Positions 47,365 through 56,221 of a stretch of 56,242 bases of DNA are shown here, piece by piece. The DNA comes from Phycisphaeraceae bacterium (GTDB taxonomy: Bacteria; Planctomycetota; Phycisphaerae; Phycisphaerales; Zrk34): contig JBBDRF010000052.1 of the NCBI GenBank assembly GCA_040905565.1, positions 58,979 through 115,220 of the forward strand. The letters are read 5' to 3'. The position numbers were made by a program, and so were the translations under genes. The stretch's first letter is position 1, and each line of letters opens with the position of its first letter. The notes under the pieces were generated by a model. That model did not search any database. It saw only the letters and a list, made by a program, of their open reading frames with translations, and had not been told where the DNA came from.

Positions 47365-48062
47365 AGACAGCATGGACGGTATTTGCGAGTCTTTGCGTGC
47401 TGCATCTGCTGGGTCTGCTGGGCCTGGCAGCGTGGGCGGGCGCGACGCAGCGTGTGGATCGTGAGCGTCTGGCGGCCGTGGTCGATCTGTTCCGCCAGCC
47501 GATCGGCGACGAAGAAGCGCAGGAGCTTGACGCGCAGGTGGAGCAGGACGCGAACGAGGCGGCCCAGCGCGTGGAGCAGACGCTGGATGGCGCGGGCTCG
47601 GAGTCGATCGCGGAACGTCTTGAGTCCGATCAGCTTCGGCACGACATGACGCTGCGCCAGCTTGAGCGGACGCGTGAGGAAGTGCGAAGCCTGAGCCGAA
47701 ACCTGCAACTGTCGCAGCAGCGTGTGGAGGAGCAGCGCGAGGCACTGGTGGCGGAGCAAGAGGCGCTCGAGGAGCGCGCTCGCGAGCTTCAGGAGCAGCT
47801 TGATGATGAGGGGTTTCGGCGTGCGGTGGCGCTTTATGAATCGCTGCCGCCGCGTCAGACCAAGCAGATGTTTATTGAACTCATCGACGGTCAGGAACGA
47901 GACCAGGTGGTGGCGTATCTGATGGCGATGCAGCCGCGAAAGGCGTCGGCTGTGCTTCGTGAATTCACGACGGTTGAAGAGGTCGCCCACGCGGTCACGC
48001 TTACCGAGTTGCTGCGTGCACGCGGTAGCCGACTGGTGGAAGGCACGGAGGACATCGGATGA
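47361..48062 (+). CDS. MotE/YlxF-like (MgtE_N-like) flagellar protein
   Basis: TM segment plus coiled coil; YESLPPRQTK and MQPRKASAVL motifs; position between fliJ and fliK. Confidence 0.75.
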   Translation: MKTAWTVFASLCVLHLLGLLGLAAWAGATQRVDRERLAAVVDLFRQPIGDEEAQELDAQVEQDANEAAQRVEQTLDGAGSESIAERLESDQLRHDMTLRQLERTREEVRSLSRNLQLSQQRVEEQREALVAEQEALEERARELQEQLDDEGFRRAVALYESLPPRQTKQMFIELIDGQERDQVVAYLMAMQPRKASAVLREFTTVEEVAHAVTLTELLRARGSRLVEGTEDIG

Positions 48063-49429
48063 AAATCTCTCAGGCCAACGCGTTGGAAATGAAGCCGCAG
48101 CAGTCGGCTAAGCAGGCCCCGAGTGAGTCGGAGCGTGGCGGATTCGCAGCCGTGCTGGACGATGTGCAGGACGTCGGCCGTAAGGAGAAAGCCCGCTCGG
48201 ATCGAACGCAAGGCGAGGCTTCGGAGCGCGGCGCGGAGGACGCGGTCGGCGATCGTGAGAAACCTTCAGAAGACGTCGATGAGCGGGACGCGAAGGTCGG
48301 CGCGACGCGGGAAACAACGCGCGCCGATCGGAGCGATGCGAAGGGCGAGGGCGAGGGTGAGTCGGAGGCTGAGCGGAAGGGCGAGCGCTCCGGCGGTCGT
48401 GGGGCGGGTCGATCGGCGGAGGCGGAGGCGAAAGCCGAGGCCGAGGCGAAGGTGACAAAGGCGGAGGGCGACGCCAAGGGACGGGGAATACAGGCAACGC
48501 CGGCTACGCAGGAAGGTGACGCGGCGAAGACGGGAACGGCTGCGGCATCGGCTGCGAAAGCGGAGGGGCAGGCGGCAGGCGCCGACGGTAAGGAGGTGGT
48601 GCGGCAAGCCGGCGCTGCGGGAACGGCCGGGGTGTCGCCATCGCCTCAACAGCCGGGTGCGCCCGCGCAGAATCCTCTAACGGAGCCAGCGCCGGCCGCG
48701 GCGGATGAGAACGGCACCAGTGCTGCGAACGCGAAGAAGGAAGGCGGGGCCGACGGCAACGGCGAGCAGAATCAGGATCGCGGGCGTCATGCGCTGCCGC
48801 CGGGATTTACATCGGCAGGCGGAGCGATGCAGGCCCAGCCCGAAGCGAGATCGCAGCCGGGCTTCAGCGTGCTCAATGCCATGGGCAGCGAGATGGCGCC
48901 CCCGGCCTCGGCCTCGCCATCGAGTGGGGCGACGGTGACCAGCGCGACGCAGCCGGCTGCGGAGGTGCCGACGTCCTCGGCTGCACCGCAGGCCGAAGCG
49001 AGCAGCCATCGCATTGCTGACCAGGCGTTGCGGGGGTTGCGGGGCGCGCTCAATCAGCGTGGCGGTAGTGTGACACTTCAGCTTTCGCCGCCCGATCTTG
49101 GGATGCTTCGCGTGCGGGTGGCGCTGCAAGGCACGATGGTACGTGCGGAGATCACCACGGCGACGGAGGCAGCGAAGGGCGCGCTGACGCAGCAGTTGAC
49201 GGCGCTGCGCACCGCACTGGAAGGCCAGGGACTGACGGTCGATCAGTTACAGGTGCAGCATCAGCCGGCGTCAAGTGCAGCGTCGTCGCGCGAGTCGGCG
49301 GCGGAGGATGACTCCGGCCGGCCGCGGCAGGAACAGCAGGGCCGGCAACATAACTCAGATCAAAACAAGGATGAAACCGACGAGCAGCCAAGCCTCTTTG
49401 CAGAGCGACTGCTTGATCTTGTCGGTTAA
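48059..49429 (+). CDS. fliK: Flagellar hook-length control protein
   Basis: Long low-complexity N-terminus; LQLSPPDLGMLRV..LRTALEGQGL C-terminal domain. Confidence 0.9.
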   Translation: MKISQANALEMKPQQSAKQAPSESERGGFAAVLDDVQDVGRKEKARSDRTQGEASERGAEDAVGDREKPSEDVDERDAKVGATRETTRADRSDAKGEGEGESEAERKGERSGGRGAGRSAEAEAKAEAEAKVTKAEGDAKGRGIQATPATQEGDAAKTGTAAASAAKAEGQAAGADGKEVVRQAGAAGTAGVSPSPQQPGAPAQNPLTEPAPAAADENGTSAANAKKEGGADGNGEQNQDRGRHALPPGFTSAGGAMQAQPEARSQPGFSVLNAMGSEMAPPASASPSSGATVTSATQPAAEVPTSSAAPQAEASSHRIADQALRGLRGALNQRGGSVTLQLSPPDLGMLRVRVALQGTMVRAEITTATEAAKGALTQQLTALRTALEGQGLTVDQLQVQHQPASSAASSRESAAEDDSGRPRQEQQGRQHNSDQNKDETDEQPSLFAERLLDLVG

Positions 49430-49447
49430 GTCTCAACACGGAGCATC

Positions 49448-49870
49448 GTGATGGAAATATCCCCCACCAGTTCAGCGGCGACACAGGCTGCCAGTTCCAG
49501 CAAGTTCGCGGACATGAGCAGCGAAGAGTTCATCAAGGTTCTGTTTACCGAGCTTCAGAACCAGGACCCGTTGGACCCGCAGGATTCGTCGAAGCTGCTG
49601 GAGCAGCTTTCTAGTATCCGCAACATTGAAGGTCAGCTTTCGCTTCAGCAATCGCTCAAACAACTGGTGATGCAGAACCAGGTAGCCTCGGCTGGGAACC
49701 TCATTGGGAACAAGGTTCAGGGGCTGGACAAGCTTAATAATAAGGTTGAGGGGATGGTGAGTTCGGTTCGCGTGACGAACGAAGCGATCGTGCTGGAGCT
49801 GGATACAGGCCAGGCGCTTCCGCTTGACCGCGTTTCTAATATTGCCAAGGTGCCGACAGCCGCTGAGTAA
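49448..49870 (+). CDS. flgD: Flagellar hook capping protein
   Basis: FIKVLFTELQNQDPLDP; LIGNKV. Confidence 0.95.
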   Translation: MMEISPTSSAATQAASSSKFADMSSEEFIKVLFTELQNQDPLDPQDSSKLLEQLSSIRNIEGQLSLQQSLKQLVMQNQVASAGNLIGNKVQGLDKLNNKVEGMVSSVRVTNEAIVLELDTGQALPLDRVSNIAKVPTAAE

Positions 49871-49873
49871 GGC

Positions 49874-50356
49874 GTGAACATTATGAGCGATCAGGCTAAT
49901 CTATTGCGTTTGCTCGAACCTTCGGTGCGTCCTTCGGGTTCGCCGGCGCCGAACGTTCAGCCGCGTCAGCCGCTCGATCGCAGCGCCTTCAGCGACCTGC
50001 TGCAGCAGGCACGGGCGAACCCGACGCATGAGCCTTTGAAGCTCTCGGCTCATGCTCAGCAGCGTCTGGAGCAACGCGGCATTTCCCTTTCAGATCAGCA
50101 GATGAACGCGTTGGCGCAGGCGGCCGATCGGGCCGGCGCGAAAGGTGCGAATGATGCCCTGATGCTGATGGATGATGTAGGCATGATCGTAAACGTGCCG
50201 AATCGAACGGTGCTGACGGTACTTGATGAAGCACGCATGAACGACGGCGTGGTGACGCAAATTGATTCGGCTGTCATCGTCCGCGGTTCTGAGGAAAAGA
50301 CGGCGACGGACCATGCGACTGGGCCTGGCGGCTCATCGCACCGACTGCAATTGTAG
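49874..50356 (+). CDS. TIGR02530-type flagellar operon protein
   Basis: LKLSAHAQQRLEQRGI, KGANDAL, IVNVPNRTVLT and TQIDSAV motifs; position between flgD and flgE. Confidence 0.88.
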   Translation: MNIMSDQANLLRLLEPSVRPSGSPAPNVQPRQPLDRSAFSDLLQQARANPTHEPLKLSAHAQQRLEQRGISLSDQQMNALAQAADRAGAKGANDALMLMDDVGMIVNVPNRTVLTVLDEARMNDGVVTQIDSAVIVRGSEEKTATDHATGPGGSSHRLQL

Positions 50357-50373
50357 TCGAACGAACTTAATAT

Positions 50374-50429
50374 CGGGCTGGACCCCGCACGGGGAGGCCC
50401 GCGATGGCGTGACCGACTGATCGCCATCG
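50374..50429 (+). promoter_or_regulatory. Tandem-hairpin cis-element in the flgE leader
   Basis: Hairpin CGGGCT-GGA-CCCC-GCAC-GGGG-A-GGCCCG directly followed by CGATGGCG-TGACCGACTGAT-CGCCATCG; no U-tract. Confidence 0.6.
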
Positions 50430-50455
50430 AACACCCACGTGACGGAGCACGCAAC

Positions 50456-52168
50456 ATGTCTCTGACAACTGCACTATTCACCGGCTTGACCGGCATGGAC
50501 GTTAGCAGCAAAAGCCTGGACGTCATCGGTAACAACATTACGAACGCGAACACGACGGGCTTTAAATCCAGCCGGGCGTTGTTCGAATCGCAACTCTCGA
50601 CCAACCTTAATCTGGGCACAGCTCCGAATGCGGAGAGCGGCGGTACGAACCCTAGTCAGATCGGTCTAGGTGTGCAGTTCGCTGGGACGCAACGCAATAT
50701 GCAGAACGGGGCGATTCAGCCGACGGGTATCGCGACTGATCTGGCGCTGGAGGGCCCGGGCTTCTTTGTGCTTCGGCAGAACCAGCAGACGAGCTATACG
50801 CGCAACGGCTCGTTCGATCTTGACCAGAACCGCAACCTGACGTCGAACAGCGGCGGCCGGGTGCAGGGGTATGGCGTGGATCAGAACTTCAACATTGTGC
50901 CCGGCGCGGTCGACGATATTCAGATTCCGCTAGGGTCTATGACACTTGCTCAGGCGACGCGGAATGTCGAGTTTTCCGGCAACCTGAACGCGTCGGGCAG
51001 CATTGCCAACGAGGGCAGCCAGATTACGTCGTCGGCGATGACCGATCTGGGCAGTGCGGCCCCGGCCACGACGGGCACACTCCTTGCCGATCTGTCGCGT
51101 GATGGGGTCAATCCGTTGTTCGCCACGGGAAACGTGGTCACTGTGAACGGTGCGGAAAAGGGCGGCAAGGGGCTCGGTGAGCATACTTTTGAAGTCGGCG
51201 GCACGAACACGACCGGCTCCGATGCGAACGGCACCTCGCTGGGCGATTTCACTAGCTTTCTCAATAACCTGCTAGGCATCAGCGGTGGGACGACCAACGC
51301 GGGCGATGCAACGGGCGTTTCCGTCAACGGCTCCGGGCAGATTGTGGTTGAGGGTGACCACGGCAGCGAGAATGATCTTACGCTCCGCACGACGGATATT
51401 GTTTCGAACGGCTCACCTTCGCAGCCGTTTCTTATGACGGATCAGCGAGCGGCCGATGGCGAATCCGTGCGGACTTCTTTCGAAGCCTACGACAGCCTCG
51501 GCACGCCGTTGTCGATTGATGTGACGATGGTGCTTGAGAGCCGATCGAGCACGGGGACGTCGTGGTCTTATTATGCGGAAAGTGGCGACAACGAAACTGC
51601 CGGGCGGTTCTTAGGTTCGGGCAACGTTGAATTCAACACCTTCGGCGAGCTATCGACGGAGACGCCTCCGACGATCGGCATCAGCCGGGCGGGGACGGGT
51701 GCGGTTGATCCGATGGCGGTGACGCTGGACTTCACGTCGCAAAGTAATTTCACGTCGTTGTCGTCGCAGAGCAGTGAGTTCAATGCGGTGAGCCAGGACG
51801 GTACGCCGGTCGGTGTGCTGGATTCGTTCAATGTTGAGCAGACGGGTGTGATTACCGGCTCGTTCACGAACGGCCTGACGCGCAGCCTGGGGCAGGTGGC
51901 GGTGGCGACATTTGCGAACGCTGAGGGTCTGGTCGACGGCGGCGGTAACACGTTCCAGGCTGGGGCGAACAGTGGGTTGGCGGTCAATGTGGCGCCGCTG
52001 AGTAGCGGAGCTGGGCGTATGATTTCCGGCGCGCTTGAGCAGAGCAATGTGGACCTGAGTAAAGAGTTCGTTGACCTGATTACGACCAGCACGGGCTACT
52101 CAGCGAGTAGTCGTGTGATCACGACGTCCGACCAGCTGATTCAGCAGCTGCTAGCGATGGCGCGTTAA
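50456..52168 (+). CDS. flgE: Flagellar hook protein
   Basis: VIGNNITNANTTGFK, DLALEGPGFF, YTRNGSF, YDSLG and LEQSNVDL motifs. Confidence 0.96.
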   Translation: MSLTTALFTGLTGMDVSSKSLDVIGNNITNANTTGFKSSRALFESQLSTNLNLGTAPNAESGGTNPSQIGLGVQFAGTQRNMQNGAIQPTGIATDLALEGPGFFVLRQNQQTSYTRNGSFDLDQNRNLTSNSGGRVQGYGVDQNFNIVPGAVDDIQIPLGSMTLAQATRNVEFSGNLNASGSIANEGSQITSSAMTDLGSAAPATTGTLLADLSRDGVNPLFATGNVVTVNGAEKGGKGLGEHTFEVGGTNTTGSDANGTSLGDFTSFLNNLLGISGGTTNAGDATGVSVNGSGQIVVEGDHGSENDLTLRTTDIVSNGSPSQPFLMTDQRAADGESVRTSFEAYDSLGTPLSIDVTMVLESRSSTGTSWSYYAESGDNETAGRFLGSGNVEFNTFGELSTETPPTIGISRAGTGAVDPMAVTLDFTSQSNFTSLSSQSSEFNAVSQDGTPVGVLDSFNVEQTGVITGSFTNGLTRSLGQVAVATFANAEGLVDGGGNTFQAGANSGLAVNVAPLSSGAGRMISGALEQSNVDLSKEFVDLITTSTGYSASSRVITTSDQLIQQLLAMAR

Positions 52169-52200
52169 GCGACGAGCCGAGAGGCGGAAGGACGTGCAGG

Positions 52201-52398
52201 ATGATTAAGGTGACGCGACTGAACGGTCAGCCGTTCGTGATCAACGCGGAGTTGATCCGCTCGGTGGAGGCCCTGCCGGATACCACGATTACGTTGATCA
52301 ACGGCGACAAGATGATCGTCAAGGAGACGATGGACGACGTGATCGACCGCGCGGTTGAATATGGGCGGAGCCTGCGTCGGCTTATCCCGCCGAGTTGA
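52201..52398 (+). CDS. flbD: Flagellar FlbD/SwrD family protein
   Basis: MIKVTRLNG..INAELI..PDTTITL. Confidence 0.93.
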   Translation: MIKVTRLNGQPFVINAELIRSVEALPDTTITLINGDKMIVKETMDDVIDRAVEYGRSLRRLIPPS

Positions 52399-52532
52399 AG
52401 CGTGCGGCGACGGCGGGAAACGGCGATCTGTGATCGTCTCACTCACGGGGGTGTGGGCGGGGGTGCGGGGCAGGGCGAGGTCGTGCTATGATAAGCGGCT
52501 CGCTCAGGTTTTATAGGTACAAAGGATACACG

Positions 52533-53843
52533 ATGGCTGAATATTTCCCCGAGGTGAATCAGGTTAAGTACGAGGGCGCGGATTCGAAGAACCCGCTCAG
52601 CTTCAAGCACTACAACCCGGATGAGAAGGTCATGGGCAAGACCATGGCGGAACATCTGCGGTTTGCGGTCTGCTTCTGGCATTCGTGGCGCGGCGGCGGG
52701 ACGGACCCCTTCGGCGGGCCCACGCGGATCATGCCCTGGCTTGATGCAAACGACGAAGTGAAAGCTTCGGAGCAGGCGCTTGAGGCGCACTTTGAGTTCA
52801 TCACCAAGCTCGGCGTGAAGTACTGGTGCTGGCACGATCGGGATATCTCGCCGGAAGCGTCGACGCTGAAGGAGACGAACCAGCGGCTGGAACACATCGT
52901 GAAGCTTGCGGGGAAACTGCAAAGCGACCACGGCGTGGAACTGCTCTGGGGCACGGCGAACCTGTTCAGCCATCCACGATACATGGCCGGTGCAGCCACA
53001 AGCCCGAATCCCGAAGTGTTCGCCTTCGCTGCGGCGCAGGTGAAGAAGGCGATGGAGCTGACGCACGAACTCGGCGGGGCGGGGTACACGTTCTGGGGCG
53101 GGCGTGAAGGTTACGAAACGCTACTGAATACGGACATGAAGCGGGAACTGGATCATCTGGGTCGCTTCCTGCATCTGGCGGCGGATCATAAGAAGGCGAT
53201 CGGCTTTGCGGGGCAGTTCTACATTGAGCCCAAGCCGAAGGAGCCGACGAAACATCAATATGATTCGGACGCGGCGGCCTGTCATGCGTTCCTGCAGAAG
53301 GCGGACCTGGTCGGCACGTTTAAGCTGAATATCGAAGCGAATCATGCGACGCTTGCGGGGCATAGTTTTCAGCATGAGCTTCAGTATGCAGCGGACAACG
53401 GCATCTTCGGGTCGGTCGACGCGAACCGGGGCGACACGCTGCTGGGATGGGATACCGATCAGTTCCCGACGGACCTGTACGACACGACGATGGCGATGTA
53501 TGTCATCCTGCAGACGGGCGGCTTCACGACGGGCGGGCTGAACTTCGATGCGAAGCTGCGTCGGCAATCGATTGACCCGATCGACCTGTTCCACGCTCAC
53601 ATCGGCGGCATGGATGCGTTCGCGCGGGGCTTGAAGAATGCTGCGAAGATGATCGAGGATCAGGCCCTGGCGAAGCCGTTGGCTGAGCGCTATGCGGGAT
53701 GGGATGCGGGCGTTGGCCAGCAGATCGAGCAGGGTAAGCTCGGGTTTGCGGAGCTTGAAGAGCACGCGCTGGCGGGCGACTCGCCGAAGGTTCCCTCGGG
53801 CCGGCAGGAGATGCTGGAGAATGTGGTGAATCAATATATTTGA
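52533..53843 (+). CDS. xylA: Xylose isomerase, class II
   Basis: WHDRD, FWGGREGY, IEPKPKEP, NIEANH, WDTDQF and GLNFDAK motifs. Confidence 0.97.
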   Translation: MAEYFPEVNQVKYEGADSKNPLSFKHYNPDEKVMGKTMAEHLRFAVCFWHSWRGGGTDPFGGPTRIMPWLDANDEVKASEQALEAHFEFITKLGVKYWCWHDRDISPEASTLKETNQRLEHIVKLAGKLQSDHGVELLWGTANLFSHPRYMAGAATSPNPEVFAFAAAQVKKAMELTHELGGAGYTFWGGREGYETLLNTDMKRELDHLGRFLHLAADHKKAIGFAGQFYIEPKPKEPTKHQYDSDAAACHAFLQKADLVGTFKLNIEANHATLAGHSFQHELQYAADNGIFGSVDANRGDTLLGWDTDQFPTDLYDTTMAMYVILQTGGFTTGGLNFDAKLRRQSIDPIDLFHAHIGGMDAFARGLKNAAKMIEDQALAKPLAERYAGWDAGVGQQIEQGKLGFAELEEHALAGDSPKVPSGRQEMLENVVNQYI

Positions 53844-53903
53844 GGGAGGGTTGGGGAGGACCGGCTTGGGGACAAGCCTGCTCTTTTGCGACGTGAGATA
53901 AAG

Positions 53904-53943
53904 AAAAAGGCCCGAGCGTCGTGGAGACGTTCGGGCCTTTTTT
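53904..53943. terminator. Bidirectional intrinsic terminator
   Basis: A5-GGCCCGAGCGTC/GACGTTCGGGCC-T6 between convergent genes. Confidence 0.9.
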
Positions 53944-53965
53944 GCTTTTGGACGTGATGTTCAGA

Positions 53966-54391
53966 TCAGGCGGAGGTGGCGGCATTGGCGCCGGCCTCGG
54001 CGACGGCGTGGTCGTTGTCGACGGAGTCACCACTGACGCCGATGGCGCCGATGACGGTGCCGTCGGCATCTTTGATGGGCACGCCGCCGGGGAAGGTGAT
54101 GAGCCCGTTGTTGGAGTGCTCGATGTTGTAGAGGTCGCCTCCGGGCTGGCTGAGGCCGCCGATGGCGCCGGTGGGCATGTTGAAGAAGCGTGCGGTGCGG
54201 GCTTTCTTCTGGGCGATATCGATGGAGCCGATCCAGGCGTCGTCCATGCGGGCGAAGGCTTTGAGGTTGGTGCCGGCGTCGACGATGGCGATGTCCATCT
54301 TGACGTTGAGCTCCTTGGCCTTGGCGAGGGCGCCATCGACGGCGGCGCGGGCCTGGGTGAGGCTGATGTCTTTGGTGGAAATGCTGGCCAT
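53966..54391 (-). CDS. GlcG/HbpS family heme-binding protein
   Basis: [25 protein letters not shown] and IGAIGVSG motifs. Confidence 0.93.
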   Translation of the reverse strand: MASISTKDISLTQARAAVDGALAKAKELNVKMDIAIVDAGTNLKAFARMDDAWIGSIDIAQKKARTARFFNMPTGAIGGLSQPGGDLYNIEHSNNGLITFPGGVPIKDADGTVIGAIGVSGDSVDNDHAVAEAGANAATSA

Positions 54392-54456
54392 GTTTTGGTT
54401 CCTTTGGTTGAGGTTGGTGATGCCTGGTTTGGCTGGGCGTACGTGCCCGAGGCCCA

Positions 54457-54480
54457 ACCGCTCCCTTACGGTCGCGGCTC
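54457..54480 (-). repeat. Single REP unit, GAGCCGCG family
   Basis: Reverse complement GAGCCGCGACCGTAAGGGAGCGGT. Confidence 0.85.
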
Positions 54481-54578
54481 GTTTTCAGCGTCACGCTTCG
54501 TGCGAAGATACTATAAGTAGCTGTCGAGTTTAGAGAAGTAGGTGGGCCGGTGCAAGGTTTGGTGGGGGACCCACGCCG

Positions 54579-55385
54579 TTACGGTGTGGGCTTCGGGGGA
54601 GCCGGGACGGTGGGTAGGGTGAGGAGGTGTTGGGCGAGTGATTCGCGGAGTGCGTCTTTGACCATCTGCATGGAAGGGCAGTGGTCGCCGAGGATTTGAG
54701 CGAGGCTGGTGACGGGGCGGCCGGCGAGTCCGCAGGGGACAATGAGGTTGAAGTGGCTCATGTCGGGGTCGACGTTGAGGGCCAGGCCGTGCATGGAGAT
54801 CCAGCGTTGGACGCGGACGCCGACGGCGGCGAGCTTGCTTCCGCTGCGGGTGGGGTTGGATTCGCAGGCAGCGGGGTCGGGTTCGGTTTGTTCGCCTCCG
54901 ACCCAGACGCCGATGGCGCAGGCGTCGCGGTGGGCGTGGACGTTGAAGCGGGCGACGGTGTCGATGACAGCCTGTTCGAGCAGGCGGACATAGTTTCGGA
55001 CGTTCAGGCCGAGCGGCTGGAGGGGGAGGATGGGGTAGGCGACGAGTTGGCCTGGGCCGTGGTAGGTGATGTCGCCGCCGCGGTCGGTTTTGCTGACGGT
55101 CACGCCGAGGCTTTGGAGCAGGTCGGGGCTGGCGAGAAGATTTGTGGCGGCGGAATCCCTCTTGGAGATCGTGACGACGGGCTCGTGCTCCAGCAGCAGG
55201 ATGGTCGGGTTATCTCGGCCTTCGCGGACGGCCTGGTGGAGTTCACGCTGCAGGGCGAGGGCGGGGTCGTAAGCGATGCGGCCGAGGTCGCGGAAGACGA
55301 TATCCAGCCGAGGCGGCGCTGATTCACCCTCACCCTTTGAGGATGGCTGCGGGAGAGGTGGGGGGGGGGTGGTTGGTTCTGACAT
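54579..55385 (-). CDS. lipB: Octanoyltransferase
   Basis: LLEH, RGGDITYHGPGQLVAYP, KLAAVG, HGLALN and IVPCGL motifs. Confidence 0.96.
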   Translation of the reverse strand: MSEPTTPPPPLPQPSSKGEGESAPPRLDIVFRDLGRIAYDPALALQRELHQAVREGRDNPTILLLEHEPVVTISKRDSAATNLLASPDLLQSLGVTVSKTDRGGDITYHGPGQLVAYPILPLQPLGLNVRNYVRLLEQAVIDTVARFNVHAHRDACAIGVWVGGEQTEPDPAACESNPTRSGSKLAAVGVRVQRWISMHGLALNVDPDMSHFNLIVPCGLAGRPVTSLAQILGDHCPSMQMVKDALRESLAQHLLTLPTVPAPPKPTP

Positions 55386-55391
55386 GATGCT

Positions 55392-55398
55392 TATGATA
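55392..55398. promoter_or_regulatory. Overlapping bidirectional -10 element for lipB and lpxA
   Basis: TATGAT on + and TATCAT on - overlap within TATGATA. Confidence 0.6.
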
Positions 55399-55405
55399 GG
55401 CGGTT

Positions 55406-56197
55406 ATGGCAGAAGTGCATCCCAGTGCGATTGTGGACGATCAGGCGGAATTGGCCGACGGTGTGGTCGTAGGGCCCGGCTGTGTGATTGAAGGCGCGGT
55501 GCGTGTCGGCAACGGCACGCGGTTGCTGCATCGGGTCACGCTGCAGGGGCCGATGAGGCTGGGCGAGCGGAATGTGATCTATCCCAATGCGTGCCTGGGG
55601 CTGCCGCCGCAGGACGTGAAGTACGATCCGAACGAAGCGGGCTCGGGTCTGGTGATCGGCTCGGACAACATCTTCCGCGAAGGGGTGACGGTGCACCGGG
55701 CGACCGGCGAGATGCCGACCACGATCGGCAACGGCAACATGCTGATGGTGAACAGTCATGTGGGGCACGATTCGGTGCTGCAGGATCATTGCGTGCTGGT
55801 GAACGGGGCGTTGGTGGCGGGGCATTGCGAGATCGGCGACCGGGCACTGCTATCGGGCAACTCAGCGGTGCATCAGTTCTGCCGGGTGGGGCGGCTCGGG
55901 GTGGTGGTCGGTGGTGGGATCGTGATACAGGATCTGCCGCCGTTCTGCATGACCAACGCGTCGCGAAGCGTGGGGGGGATCAACCGCGTCGGGCTTCGGC
56001 GGGCGGGGCTGGGCGAACATGCGACGGCGGTGAAGGAGGCGTTCAACATCCTCTATCGCCAACGGCACCTGCCACGCGAGGCGGCGCATCTGATCGAAGC
56101 GCAGATGGGCGACGAGCCGCTATGCATGGAGCTGGCGGCATTCATCAAGAGCACGAAGCGAGGGGTGACGCCGTTCGGGCGGCGGGGGCGGGGGTGA
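55406..56197 (+). CDS. lpxA: UDP-N-acetylglucosamine O-acyltransferase
   Basis: Hexapeptide repeats; PQDVKY, REGVTVHR, SHVGHD, HQFCRVG and GINRVGLRR motifs. Confidence 0.95.
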   Translation: MAEVHPSAIVDDQAELADGVVVGPGCVIEGAVRVGNGTRLLHRVTLQGPMRLGERNVIYPNACLGLPPQDVKYDPNEAGSGLVIGSDNIFREGVTVHRATGEMPTTIGNGNMLMVNSHVGHDSVLQDHCVLVNGALVAGHCEIGDRALLSGNSAVHQFCRVGRLGVVVGGGIVIQDLPPFCMTNASRSVGGINRVGLRRAGLGEHATAVKEAFNILYRQRHLPREAAHLIEAQMGDEPLCMELAAFIKSTKRGVTPFGRRGRG

Positions 56198-56221
56198 TTT
56201 GTGAAGTGTGATTTGTGATTT
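56194..56221. repeat. Heptamer tandem repeat
   Basis: GTGATTT-GTGAAGT-GTGATTT-GTGATTT. Confidence 0.75.

Noticed and set aside
54565..54573. Further repeat family GGGGACCCAC shared with the window end (56233-56242)
   Set aside because: Match too short and the second copy is cut off by the window edge
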